Shown in pieces: positions 1-11,030 of a DNA stretch of 64,000 bases. Position 1 is the stretch's first letter; the number at the start of each line of letters is the position of its first letter. Under the pieces are notes generated by a model. It was not told the origin of the DNA, ran no database searches, and saw only the letters and a program-made list of their open reading frames with translations. Made by a program: the position numbers and the translations under genes. Source of the DNA: Lama glama (Eukaryota); assembly GCA_028534125.1 (NCBI GenBank), contig CM052817.1, forward strand, positions 90,646,001-90,710,000, read 5' to 3'.

Positions 1-560
1 ATAGAACATCTGAAAGGCAATATAACTATTAATGAAATTGAAGAGTTATAACATCTTAACAGAGTAACACAGATGGTTTTACAGGTGAACCTAACCAAAA
101 CGTCCAAAGATTAGTACAGTTGGAAATTTGCTTACCCTACAACCCACCAATTTTCCTCACAGCAATTTAACTAAGAGAAAAGCTTACACATGTGCACTGT
201 ATGAGGTCCACAAGAACTCCCAGAAACCAAAAAATTACAAACAACCCAAATTCCCTTCAACTGAGGAACCGTTAAATTGTGTTTTATTCACACAATGGAG
301 TGTGAAAATGACACTGCATGCAATAACACAGATGAATCTTAACATAATGTTAAGTAAAATAAAACCTCAAAAGCCATTCAAAATGATACTCTTTTCATTA
401 AGTTTAAAAACAAGCAAAAGCAAACACACCCACTAAATTCCTAAAAGCAAGGAAATGATGGGTTATGGGATGTAAAGGGAGGGGGTTTGAGAGTTCATGG
501 GTGTCCATGACATTATTTATAAACAAATAGGTGAATAAAAACATGGCTATGCATGAACTA
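1..560 (+). mobile_element. Old L1 fragments (ORF2 piece followed by 3' end, L1ME/L1MC-like)
   Basis: 'acagatggttttacaggtgaac' resembles the L1 ORF2 DGFTGE segment; 'acaacccaaattcccttcaac' and 'gatgaatcttaacataatgttaagt' resemble L1 3' end consensus. Confidence 0.7.
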
Positions 561-689
561 ATAATGACTTTTGATCTTGAACCGAAGTATATAATGAATG
601 TAATGCTTGAGATCCTAAAGGAAATAAAAAGAAGTAATTGTATCTTCTGGTCTCATAGTAACAAGTCTTAACCAGAGAGTTTACACAGG

Positions 690-1460
690 AAAATGAAAGA
701 AAAATGAACATTTCACCCCTCTCAGGTTGACAAATATTTAAAATGGATAATATCCACATTTTGGTGAAGGTATGGAGAAAAAGAAACCTAAATAATGATC
801 TGAGATATTAATGTATACAACTCTAGAGAGCAATTTAGAAATTTCCAGATAAGTTAGTTGCATTTGCCTTATGAGTTAAGAATTTCACTCCCAGAAATCT
901 ACCTTGAAAAATTCCCATACAAGTGCTCGAAGGAAACAAGCACGACCTCTCACTGCAATAATGTTTATAATAACAAACACGTGGAAATGTTCTAACCATT
1001 CATCATAGGGGAATGGATAAACTGTGGTTTATTCCTATAAAATGTGATACAACTGGTAAAATGGATGAACTAAATTTGCATGTATTACCATTTCAAAAAC
1101 ATAAGCTTAAATGAAAAAAAGCAAGTTGCAGCAGGATGCACACAGTATGATACCATTTATGTAAAGTTTAAAAGTATACAGTAAATTTTACATAGTGTTT
1201 ATGAATTCTTTCCATATGCAGTAAAAGAACAGAAACACACATGGGGATATAAACAACTCCAGAAGAGAGGTTACCCTTGAGGAGGTAAGAGGGGAAAGGG
1301 TAACAGGAGTGAGGCTTTGCTGGGATCTTTAATGTTTTCTTTCCTTCAAATAAGAATGAGACGTTAAGCCCCAGGAAACACGGCACAATAGCATCTAAGT
1401 CCAAATTGTACACCCTGAGGTTACTGTATTATTTTCTAATTTTTCTGTAGGTTTGAATTA
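690..1460 (+). mobile_element. Old L1 3' end (L1ME-like)
   Basis: 'catcataggggaatggataaactgtggtttattc', 'cacagtatgataccatttatgtaaagtt' and 'gaggttacccttgaggagg' are typical L1ME 3' motifs. Confidence 0.75.
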
Positions 1461-2242
1461 TTTAATCAATACAATTTAATTGAATTATAAGATCAAGTAA
1501 TCTGACATGCCAAACTTTACCTAAAGTCGCAGTGAGAACCGTCACCTCCAGTAAGGATTCATAACACATACCAGTAAGGGAACCACTGGACTCTTTAGAA
1601 TGGTATGATGTGTCCAGTCTTGCTTGTAATTATTTTAGTTAACTAAGCCTAAATTGTGGCTTGAAAGAGATTTTGGGAAGATTACTTAGCCTTCTGCAAT
1701 ATAAATTTTTATTAGGCATTAGGGAATGCCTGAAAGTACTCCTTTGTAACAGATGATTGAGGTTATATTAAACCTAAACAAACTATAATAATTCATAAAT
1801 GAGTAATTTCAAAACACCCAGAGTAATTAAAATCTTCTCTCATACTGCAATTTTTTTGAAAATGTGTGAGCTCCAGAGAAAATATTCAGAAGCAGTGAAG
1901 GAAAATTATAAATATCAGTTATAAATATAGATAAAAATACATGTAATTGAAACATGATTCTTGGCGTATTTCCATTCAAAAAGTCAAGCTATCAAAGAAG
2001 CATGTGCCTTGATTTCAATCATGACACTGAGTCATCACAATATAGGTACAGGCAAGTCTCAACTTGGATTTCTACTCTTTGTTCTTTTAAGAAGCAGGAA
2101 ATAATCTCTGAAGAGGATACACCCTTCACCACTATTAACAGCATACCTACAATATGATTTATGTCAACATTCAGTAGAATAATTTGTTAGAGGTCCCGTA
2201 CTTCATACTTTGTACCGGGAAAGAGCTTATTAAAGGATGCCA

Positions 2243-2370
2243 GGGAGGGTATAGGGCAGTGGTAGAGCACGTGCTTAGCATGCATGAGGTCCTGGGTTCA
2301 ATCCCCAGTCCCTCCACTAAAATACATAAATAAATATAAATAAATAAACCAAATTACCTCCCCCTACCAA
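2243..2370 (+). mobile_element. tRNA-Ala-derived SINE (camelid Vic-1-like)
   Basis: 'gggagggtatagggcagtggtagagcacgtgcttagcatgcatgaggtcctgggttcaatccccagt' carries A and B boxes, then an (AAAT)n tract and 'aaattacctcccc'; degenerate flanking duplication taaaggatgcca / taaaggaatttgcca. Confidence 0.88.
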
Positions 2371-2874
2371 TAAAGGAATTTGCCAAAATACAGTTACAAA
2401 TAAAATAAAATCATTACTGAAAGGAAGGGAGGGTTGAATTCTTGTCTCTAACATAAACAAATTCACACATTTTATCTGTTAAACAAAACAAGTCAACTAT
2501 GAATTCAAACCTAGTTAATTAAGTCATGAGGTACACGAAAATCTCACTGTGAAATTCAGGGCCAGAATTCACCAAAATAATTTCTATTAGATGGCTAACT
2601 CACCCTAGCAGGTGTCCCAAAGAACTATAAATAAATTGTGTATTAAAAAAAATACATTTATTTTCCTAAAATTGTTTTTTTTAAATGATTTGGTATATAT
2701 TTGAATTAATTCTGCTAAGCAAATTCTCTTTCCATTTGAACATCCTCTGAAAGCATATAAGCATATATGAAGTCATAGATCTCAATGTCTACAGTCCTTA
2801 GATGAGAACATCCACTTTGGAAGATCCAACCAAACTCCTTGACCTCTTTAATCTAAGCTTTTCCCCTGTGCATC

Positions 2875-3170
2875 TGTCCATTTTTTCCTTCCTTCAGCAA
2901 ACATTTAATGACTGTTTACTATGTGCCAGGCATTATACTAGGTGGGAATATTTAGTAGTTAATAACAACAACAACAACAATAATAATAATGTGTTATGTG
3001 CTTGGCACTGAATAAGCACTTTGCCATTGCTGCCTTCATGAAGTTCACAGTCTAGTAGGGAAGAAGCAGTAGTAAATTGATTACAATTATAATAAGGGAT
3101 AAGAAGGAATTCTATGAGAGTCTAAATGACAGGGTGATGTCTGAAAGTCAGGGATGATGTTCATGAGAAA
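2875..3170 (-). mobile_element. L2 3' end
   Basis: 'cagcaaacatttaatgactgtttactatgtgccaggca' and 'gccttcatgaagttcacagtctagtaggg'; contains an (AAC)n(AAT)n tract. Confidence 0.75.
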
Positions 3171-4618
3171 GCACAGGACATTCCCGGTTTCTACCAACCA
3201 GCTCTCCTTATCTTGCGCCAGTTGTTCAATAGTGCTTTTCTCTGAAAACCAATGCTGCATCCCTACGGACCTTTATCCTGTCACTTACCCCTTTCTCTCC
3301 TGTATCCTGATCTGCTCTTGGTAATGAGCTCATTCTCAGCCTCCATCTCCATATTTAGGCAAGTATCTGTCACCCCATTGAATATGCAAATTTCACATGA
3401 GCACATGTGTACTGTTATTTCCTGGCATCGGATAAGTAAAACCAAAGCGAACACAGGAAGTGCTGATTGAAAGCTACCTTTTCCTCATTTTCTTAACATA
3501 TCACTCCTACTTCTCAATCCATTTTCTTTCATTGCAAGGAACAAAATGAGAACCAGAGGGCAGAAAGGAGGAAGGACTAAAAGAAGAGAAAAAAAGAATA
3601 GAAAGAAGAAAAAGAAGACAAGGAGGAAAGGAGGAGGAGAGAAGTGCACCAGCACAAAGTTCGAAATCAGTTTTGAAAGCATAGAACACTGACATGCCTT
3701 TTTCCCTCCTTCTATTTTCATCTTCTTTTCAACTTTCTCCTTGTGTTCCTTTTTTATATCCTTTGGCTATCAACATCACTTACAAAACACTTACATCATG
3801 GTTTTTGTATACTCAGAGTTCCTTCCTACATGCAGATTACTTTGAAATGCAACAGTCAATCCTGGGATGCAATGACTGCTGCATAGAGCTGAGGCCACCT
3901 TGTCCCTTAAGCAAAGCTGACCAAACCTCTCATCTCATCTCTGCTACAGATTTGGACAGAGAAGAAGGCAGCACTTGTATTTCTGTCAGCCACCACTGGC
4001 ACTGAGTTTTTACTTTTGCTGAATCTTCTACATTTTCTATCACTACTCTGTTTCTAGCTCATTCTTTTGATTTTCCTCACCTCTTCACCAGCAGGACACT
4101 GCCCAACCCTTTCACATACACCCAAATGGCAACTCAAAGTTGCATCTTTACATGTGTCTAGTAGACTAGCATGAAATTATGGGCCAATGGGATTTGGAAA
4201 GGAGGAATTTACAAATCAGAGAACCACCACGAACAACTTGAAATAAACATTAGGTATATATGGTTTTAAAGTCTCTTGGCCATTCCTGACATTGGAGACT
4301 TTTGCCTGGCCGCCTTCCTTCCAGAGAGAATGCCAACTGTTGGAAAATTGCTAGTTACCTGTCTTCCCCTACCTGCTTTCATCTTCTCTCTCATCCTCCG
4401 GCTGCCTAGAGAAACTCAAACTTCCTGTTTTGCCATCAGAGTAACTGGTTTGCCTTCGCCTCACTCCTAGCCCAGCCTATTACACCAAGAGCCATCATTC
4501 CACAAACCAAACGGCCCATCACAATACTTGTCTCAAGAATGCATTTGATTTACTAAAAATGAATTATTTCCTAGTTTTTAAACTAACAGGTTCTTTTTCC
4601 CTCCTTGGTACAATTTTG

Positions 4619-4707
4619 AATTAAATAATTTTAATAAAAATTTTTAATTAAAATAATTTAAAATAATTAAAAATTTTAATTAAATAATTTTAAATTAAAA
4701 TAAAAAA
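4619..4707. repeat. Pure A/T low-complexity tract
   Basis: About 90 bp without G or C, built of ttaaataatttta-like units. Confidence 0.9.
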
Positions 4708-5040
4708 CAAAGCAAAAGCAAACAAAACAAATCAATCTCAAAGAGATAGTATCAAAAGGTAAAATATGCTGTAATAAGTATGTCTAAAAGTCCTGGCTAG
4801 TGCCTTATTGTAATAGTATTTCCTTGAAGCAGTTATAATGGAATTCTCTCCAACAAATACAAGTTTTGTTCAGTTTATAAACGTGTGTGTGCGCGTGTGT
4901 GTGTGTGTATCTATCAGTCTCTAAAAGTAATAAAAAGTCTAAAATGTGGCATAACACACTGAGGACAAAGGAAAAAGAATGTTAAACTTCGGTGAACAGG
5001 CAGGCAGTAGTAGAAACCTCAGAAATACAGGCCCAGTTAC

Positions 5041-5544
5041 TGTTACTGAGCCTAAGCTCCTACTGCTTGCCGCAAGACAGGCCAATAAGTTGAGAGATGA
5101 GCTGTTGGAGCAAGGAGTAGTCTGCAGACCAAGAAATGGTGGACTAGTGTTCCAAAGAACCATCTTGCCCATGTTTTGATGGTGGGTTTTTTTTTTTTTT
5201 TTTTTTACTGAACAAAGATGGGGGGGTGAGGAGGTGAAGTAAAAAGGTAATGAGTTATTGCAACTATTTCCTGGTTCTGGCCAGACTCCCGAGGGGATGC
5301 GTTAATTTCTTCTCCCCCTACAGCCATTCACAGGTGGGCCTGGTCAGGATGTTTCCTGTGAGCTAAACAAAGGTATTTTAGATTAATTCTCAGGTCTGGG
5401 AGGCCGGGTTCCTGGGGATGGGCCATTATGTATACTATGGGCAACAACCCTTTACTGATTAACTTGTAGCAAAAGCAATAGAATACAAAAGTTAAAGTAA
5501 AAGAAACATCCAATATGGAGTCAGATTTGTTCTTCCCTGCTACA
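5041..5544 (-). mobile_element. ERV1-type solo LTR
   Basis: TG...CA termini; 4-bp flanks ttac/ttat; both ends are homologous (reverse complement) to the LTR at 40294-40788. Confidence 0.85.
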
Positions 5545-7919
5545 TTATGACCCCTGAAAGTAAAACAGATTGTGCAGTTGTATGTGTGTGTGTGTGTGTG
5601 TTGGAGAGGTGCTGGTTGAAAAGGTGGGGAAGGGAAACATGAGAAGTGCTAATGCAGCCACTCAAATGACAACCATACCACACACATCAACATGGTCCAT
5701 TTGTTCTGCTTTCCTTTGAAACTCTGAGTTGATCAATCTGCTAAGTTAACAAGCAAACTGCAGCCTAGCAGTCTGTCCCGTCCAAGCCTGTCTGATCAAA
5801 CACAACACTTGTAAACGAACCCAGGAGGAAAGCCAGAAAGCCAGGCTAGGGCTGATCAAAAACATACATCACATCCTGAGAAAATGTCAATGAATCTGGA
5901 ATGAATACTTTTTAAAAGAAAAGGAAAAGAAAAATCAAGACTTGACAGGTGTTCATGAGAAGCCTGAAAAGGAGAGGGAAGATGATAAGTGAAGCTGACG
6001 CAGAGAGAGTGTGTTGAAAATTTTGAAGTAATGCAGGTAGTTACGTGATGCTTGGGGATTACATATTCAGATACAGCCTGATGGACAATAACTTAAATTT
6101 GCCAAGCTCTATGTTGAATGTGAGTTTTTAATTTGGCAAAGAAGCCTTTTCCTTCCACGAACATCAAGTCAGAATGCAGCCATTGCAGTTGAATATCCAG
6201 CTGCAATAATCGGTGCATTTGTGATAACTAGGCATTTGACCACGTTTTTGTGGCTTAGATTTCTAGTTAAGAATGGTAGGAAATTGGACCAATTACAGCT
6301 TTGAAGTTTGGGGATTCAATATGCCAATGAAATAAGGGTTCAGACTATTCCTATTAGTTTCATATATTTCCTAGAAAACTGAGTCAACACTAGTTTGCAT
6401 TTTAAGAAAAGGAAAGAAAGAGAGGAAGGGAGGGTGGGAGGAAAGAAGTACAGAAGAAAGTCATTTTTAAAAAATATATGTGGCTGAGTGTTTTATGGTC
6501 ATTTTAATTGAGAACGCCATATGAGAAAAGCATCCAATTATAATAACTCATATTTCTCTGACACATCTTAAATATAAGAGAGGAAGAAACTGAAGTCAAT
6601 CATTTTTTATGGTTTAACAGAATCAAAATATTTTTGCTGTTTTAAAAGATGAAGGTCAGGCAATCTACGGCATGTAAAGTCTCTCAAGGAGAGCATTTTC
6701 AGGGGCACACTTAGGTTTTCCTAATGGTAATGGTAAAATAAATTAGGATAAATTTATTGCCTCCATCCTCCAATCACCCATTTCCCTCCTTTCAGCTGAA
6801 TATTTTTATGTTTTTGGTCCACTGGAATCCTCCAGCTAAACCCACTTTTCACTCAAATACCTAATAACACAAAATAATCCTTTCTTCAATGAAAATGCCT
6901 CTTCTTTCACATTAAACAAATATAAAAAGGAATTTTATTGCAGAAATTCAATTCAAGTGTGAATGATTGCTATAAGCCCAAAAGGGGAATTTTCTAATTA
7001 AAATCAATTGGTGATACGGGTAGGAAGCTTGTTTGTTTTGGGGTTTTTGTTCGTTTGGCCTGGGAGCATTCAAAGCACCCCTTGCTTACTCTGCTAGAGT
7101 AGCCTTTTATTCTATGTATTTTTGGAGTAATTACAGAATAATTCAGTAGATTTTTCAGTTAGGCTGCTGGTCCTTGCTAAAAACTGACAACTTTTCCTTC
7201 TGTTTGTAGCACAGTGGCATCTTGATTTCACAGCAACCTCCCCACTGTTATCCAACCTCAGTGCTACTGAGGACAGGTAGTCAATTTTCAGCCTCATTCA
7301 CTCAGAGCTAGGATGAGCAAGTCTTGTCACCATTTCTCTCCAGGATCAGGAATGAGATTGTGCCTGGTCACTCACATGCCCAGCCTATTACTACTATTTC
7401 AAACCCACAACATGCGAGCCCAGCTCAAGTGAATACTTTTCTGCCTCAGTTTCTCCACATATTCTCTTCAGCTGTAACTAGATCCCAACCCCAACTGCAT
7501 CTCTCCCTGAGCCCTTGATTCTCCATCCCTCTCAGGGGCCCAAGTTCTGTAAACATCCTATCCAAGCACACTCAGCCCAAGTCTTTATCTCTCACACATG
7601 GCTGACATAGCCTCAAGAGGCCGTGAGGATTATGTGACCTAATGGACACAAATTACTCAGCACAGTGCCTCACAGAATATGGAAAATGCCTTTGACTTCC
7701 CGTCTAAAGAGAAGTCTGTCATAGGAAAATATTATAAATCTACACTGGGTCAATAGTTTATTTAGTAACTGTCAATGAAAAATTTTGGTTTCAAATCCTT
7801 AAATAATGTATTTTTGTCTTTCTGGTGCTCCTCCAAAATCTATTTACAAAAACAAAAACAAAGGAACAAAAAAAAAAAAAACTCCTTTCCCAGAACTGTG
7901 AATATTTTCAAAGGATATT

Positions 7920-8430
7920 AAGAGATTCCAGGAAAAGACAGCAGCGAAGGCATATTTTTGGGATCTCCCTGAATCCCCCATATAAGCAGCAGGCAAATAC
8001 CCAAAATCCACGGACAAAATCTACAACAAAGTAAGTGACAGGGATCCTTACAAATCCCCAAATTTGAGTCTGTGGCCGCAGCCACCAAAAGTACGAAGAA
8101 CCAAAGTGTCAGTGACAGTTAAGGAGAAAGTAGAGGAAAGGCAGAGGGGACTTCTGAAGGCACTGTCAGCTGGAGAAGCCAAATACTGCCAAGAGGTGCT
8201 CACTGAAAAGCTTAGAAGGGTCGGCTGTAAGGAGCCGTCAAAACTGCAGGTGGGCTTTGCTGCTCCAACTGATGGGTGAGGGCAGAGGGACCACAGAAGA
8301 TGTGGCTGTGCTGTAGCGATCTGGACCCAATGGACTCCTGAAACTAACGAAATGATGCGCCTCCTGGGATGAAGCCCTCACTAAGGAGAGACTCTGGGGA
8401 GCAGGATGTAAGATGAAGAGGACGGGGACT
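7920..8430 (+). mobile_element. Probable old L1/HAL1 5' region
   Basis: Starts 'gattccaggaaaagacagcagc', resembling L1M-type 5' ends; locally richer in GC and CpG. Confidence 0.4.
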
Positions 8431-8538
8431 AGAATAGAGGTGGCAGGTTGTTGAGAAGAGTGCTGTGGTTCAGCAGGAGTTCAGGGAAAGGCTCACCTGT
8501 AACAACACTGGAGCAGAAATCCAAGGGAAACAGAGTGG

Positions 8539-9010
8539 GTGTTAGTTTCCTATTGCTGCTGTAGCAAACTACCACAGACGCCATGGCTCAAAGCAACACA
8601 AATTTATCATCTTATATTTCTAGAGGTCGGAAGTTCAAGATCAGCCTCACTGGGCTAAAGTCAAGGTGTCAGCAGGGCTGGTCCCTCCTAGAGGCTCTCG
8701 GGGACAATCCATCTCCTTGCTTTATTCAGCTTCTAGAGGCCACTTGCTTTCCTTGACTCACAGCTTCTCCTCACATCACTCCAAATTCTTGTGTCTGTAG
8801 TCACACCTCCTACTCTTTTCTCTGATCTCCTGCTTCCTTCTCAGAAGGACCTTTGTGATTATACTGAGCTCATCTAGATAATCCAGTATAATCTTCCCAT
8901 TTTAGGATCCTTAAACACATCTTCAAAATTCTTTTTGCAGTATAACGTATTCACAAGTTTCAGAGATTAGGATACAGATATCATTGGAGGGGTAACATTT
9001 ATTCTACTGC
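8539..9010 (-). mobile_element. MaLR LTR (MLT1C-like)
   Basis: 'tgttagtttcctattgctgctgtagcaaactaccaca' and 'gggctaaagtcaaggtgtcagcagggctg'. Confidence 0.85.
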
Positions 9011-9311
9011 AGGAAGCAAGCTAAGACTAGCCTTTCTGTATGAAATACAAACTAAGAAATGCCTTCACTGACAAAAGGCTGTGATTGGTCATTATGGTCA
9101 CATTTCTACTAAAACTTAAAACTGAATAAGCTTTGAAAACAATCACTGCACTTTGGACTTTACCTATGTCACTGGAACCTGAACAGAAGGTATTTCAAAG
9201 ATGAGGAAGAGGGCTTAGATTTAAGGTGACTATCTACTTACTTCAATCTACTTTAAAATACGCTATTTTCCTGGAAAGACATAATTAAGATGCCAGACTG
9301 TGCATTAAAAT

Positions 9312-9431
9312 GAAAAAAAAAAAAGGAAAGAAGAAAGAGAAGAGAAGGGAAGGGGATGGAAGGGGAAGGACGGGAGGTAGGGAGGGAGGGAGGAAGGAAG
9401 GAAGGCAGGCAGGCAGGCAGGCAGGCAGGCA
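9312..9431. repeat. Polypurine tract with (GGAG)/(GGAA)/(GGCA) microsatellites
   Basis: Directly visible. Confidence 0.9.
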
Positions 9432-9674
9432 TGATTTACAGAAAACTGTTTGCTGACCTTCAGTCCTGTTACAAAATACAGTAGATGGAAGTGTGAGGAT
9501 ATCTTCATTCACCCATGGTTAATAATACAAAAGGCAATCTATTTTCTTAAAAACTAATAATTAGGCTTAGCAGTTGAAAAAAAGACAGAATTTAAGAAAA
9601 AATTTTAAACACACACAAACATACACACACATATAAAATTTTTAAATCTCATCTAATGTCCTAGAATGGAAGAC

Positions 9675-9870
9675 ATATTAGAGTCTGGACTGAGAATCCA
9701 GAATCAGATCTTCTTAATGTGACTCACTGGCCCTATAATCTTAGACAAGTTGCTTAAACTTTGTAAACTCATTTTCCTATCTATAAAATGGGGATAAGCT
9801 ATGCACTAACTTTTATATTGGTTGTGAAGATTAAATGAGATTATGTAATGTTAAATCTATACAGGGCTTA
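9675..9870 (+). mobile_element. MIR SINE
   Basis: Core 'cttagacaagttgcttaaactttgtaaactcattttcctatctataaaatggg' and 'gtgaagattaaatgaga'. Confidence 0.8.
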
Positions 9871-10179
9871 GCCATTGGGTAAAGCTTTCCATAAATATAT
9901 TTTACTCCTCTTGTCATTTACTTTTCAATTTCACATTTTAAGATTTTAAATAAATCACCTTCCCTACCTCCTTCACAGATCTCTGAGAACTTGAAACACA
10001 GAGTGATTGTTGTTCCAAAATGTTAGTCCCATTTGGTTTCTACCCTAGTTTTTAACTGATGCTCTGTGAAAGCACAAGTCCTTACGATGGCCTGGAAGTT
10101 CCCAAAGTCCTTCTAACAGCATTTATTGCCCCCCTCAGTCTGTTCCAGTATGGCCTTCCCAGCCCGGGGAGAATGCCAG

Positions 10180-10510
10180 TTCCTTCATGCACAGGGCATT
10201 TACTCTTCTCTGTCTGGAACATGTGAGCCCCAGGAATCTCCCAGCAACTTCCTTTCCAGTCTTGAGTGAGGAGGCGGTCCTCGCTGACCACCCTGGATAA
10301 CGTGGTTCTCTATCCCACACAGTGCTATCTATCACTTTCTGCTTGAGTTTTCTCCAAAGCACTTACTCCCTTTCTTTTAGAGGTTATACATTGCCTGTTT
10401 ATCTTACCTATTATTTTTCTTTCCCACCCATGTATAAACTCTAAGAAATCAGGAAATGTTGTCTCTTTTGTTCATTGCTCCACCTCCTTTGCCCAGAACA
10501 ATGTCACTGA
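10180..10510 (+). mobile_element. L2 3' region
   Basis: 'acagggcatttactcttctctgtctggaac' and 'tataaactctaagaaatcaggaa...ttgttcattgct...gcccagaaca'. Confidence 0.7.
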
Positions 10511-10869
10511 GATAGAAATATTCTGGTGCCCTTATTTAATTGATGCCTTCACTGTTTTTCTGCTGAGAGAGAACCAGACCAGGGTCCTGTTATTCACTGA
10601 AAACTTCTAACAGCATCTGAACGTCATGATCTCACCTACTATCCTCTGCTGTCAGAAACCGTTCATGAGGCTTCCCATCTGATAGTTTGCATGTATGCCT
10701 ACCTTATACACTTTACCTCTCAAGTCTCACAGAACAAGACCAGATACAACTGAAATGTCTTCTAAAATGGGAAAAGCTCCAAATCCTTCCCATTATAATG
10801 TAATGAAATGTTTCTCTTCCTGCTAACAGCCATCTCCTACTATTGATGTTTGACTCTGCTCATCATGTA

Positions 10870-11030
10870 TTACCCCATTTACTGCTCACAATAACTCTGC
10901 AGGGTATATACAACAATCCCTATTTTACAGATGAGGGAACAGAGTCTCAGACAGTTTAAGAAACCTGACACAAGGTTAGGAAGCCCCATGAGGAGTGATT
11001 TCAACTTAGAGATGTCTTTTCTCCTAAGCC
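10870..11030 (-). mobile_element. MIR SINE
   Basis: 'ccctattttacagatgagggaacagagtctcagacagtttaag'. Confidence 0.75.

Noticed and set aside
3485..3721. Hydrophobic, transmembrane-looking ORFs (also 9285-9512 and 61984-62196)
   Set aside because: They are translations of polypurine tracts and microsatellites.
7548..7576. miR-30b-like string: tgtaaacatccta + 8 nt + cactcagc
   Set aside because: The mature sequence is interrupted by an 8-nt insert and I found no complementary 3p arm (ggatgtttac) nearby. Probably chance.
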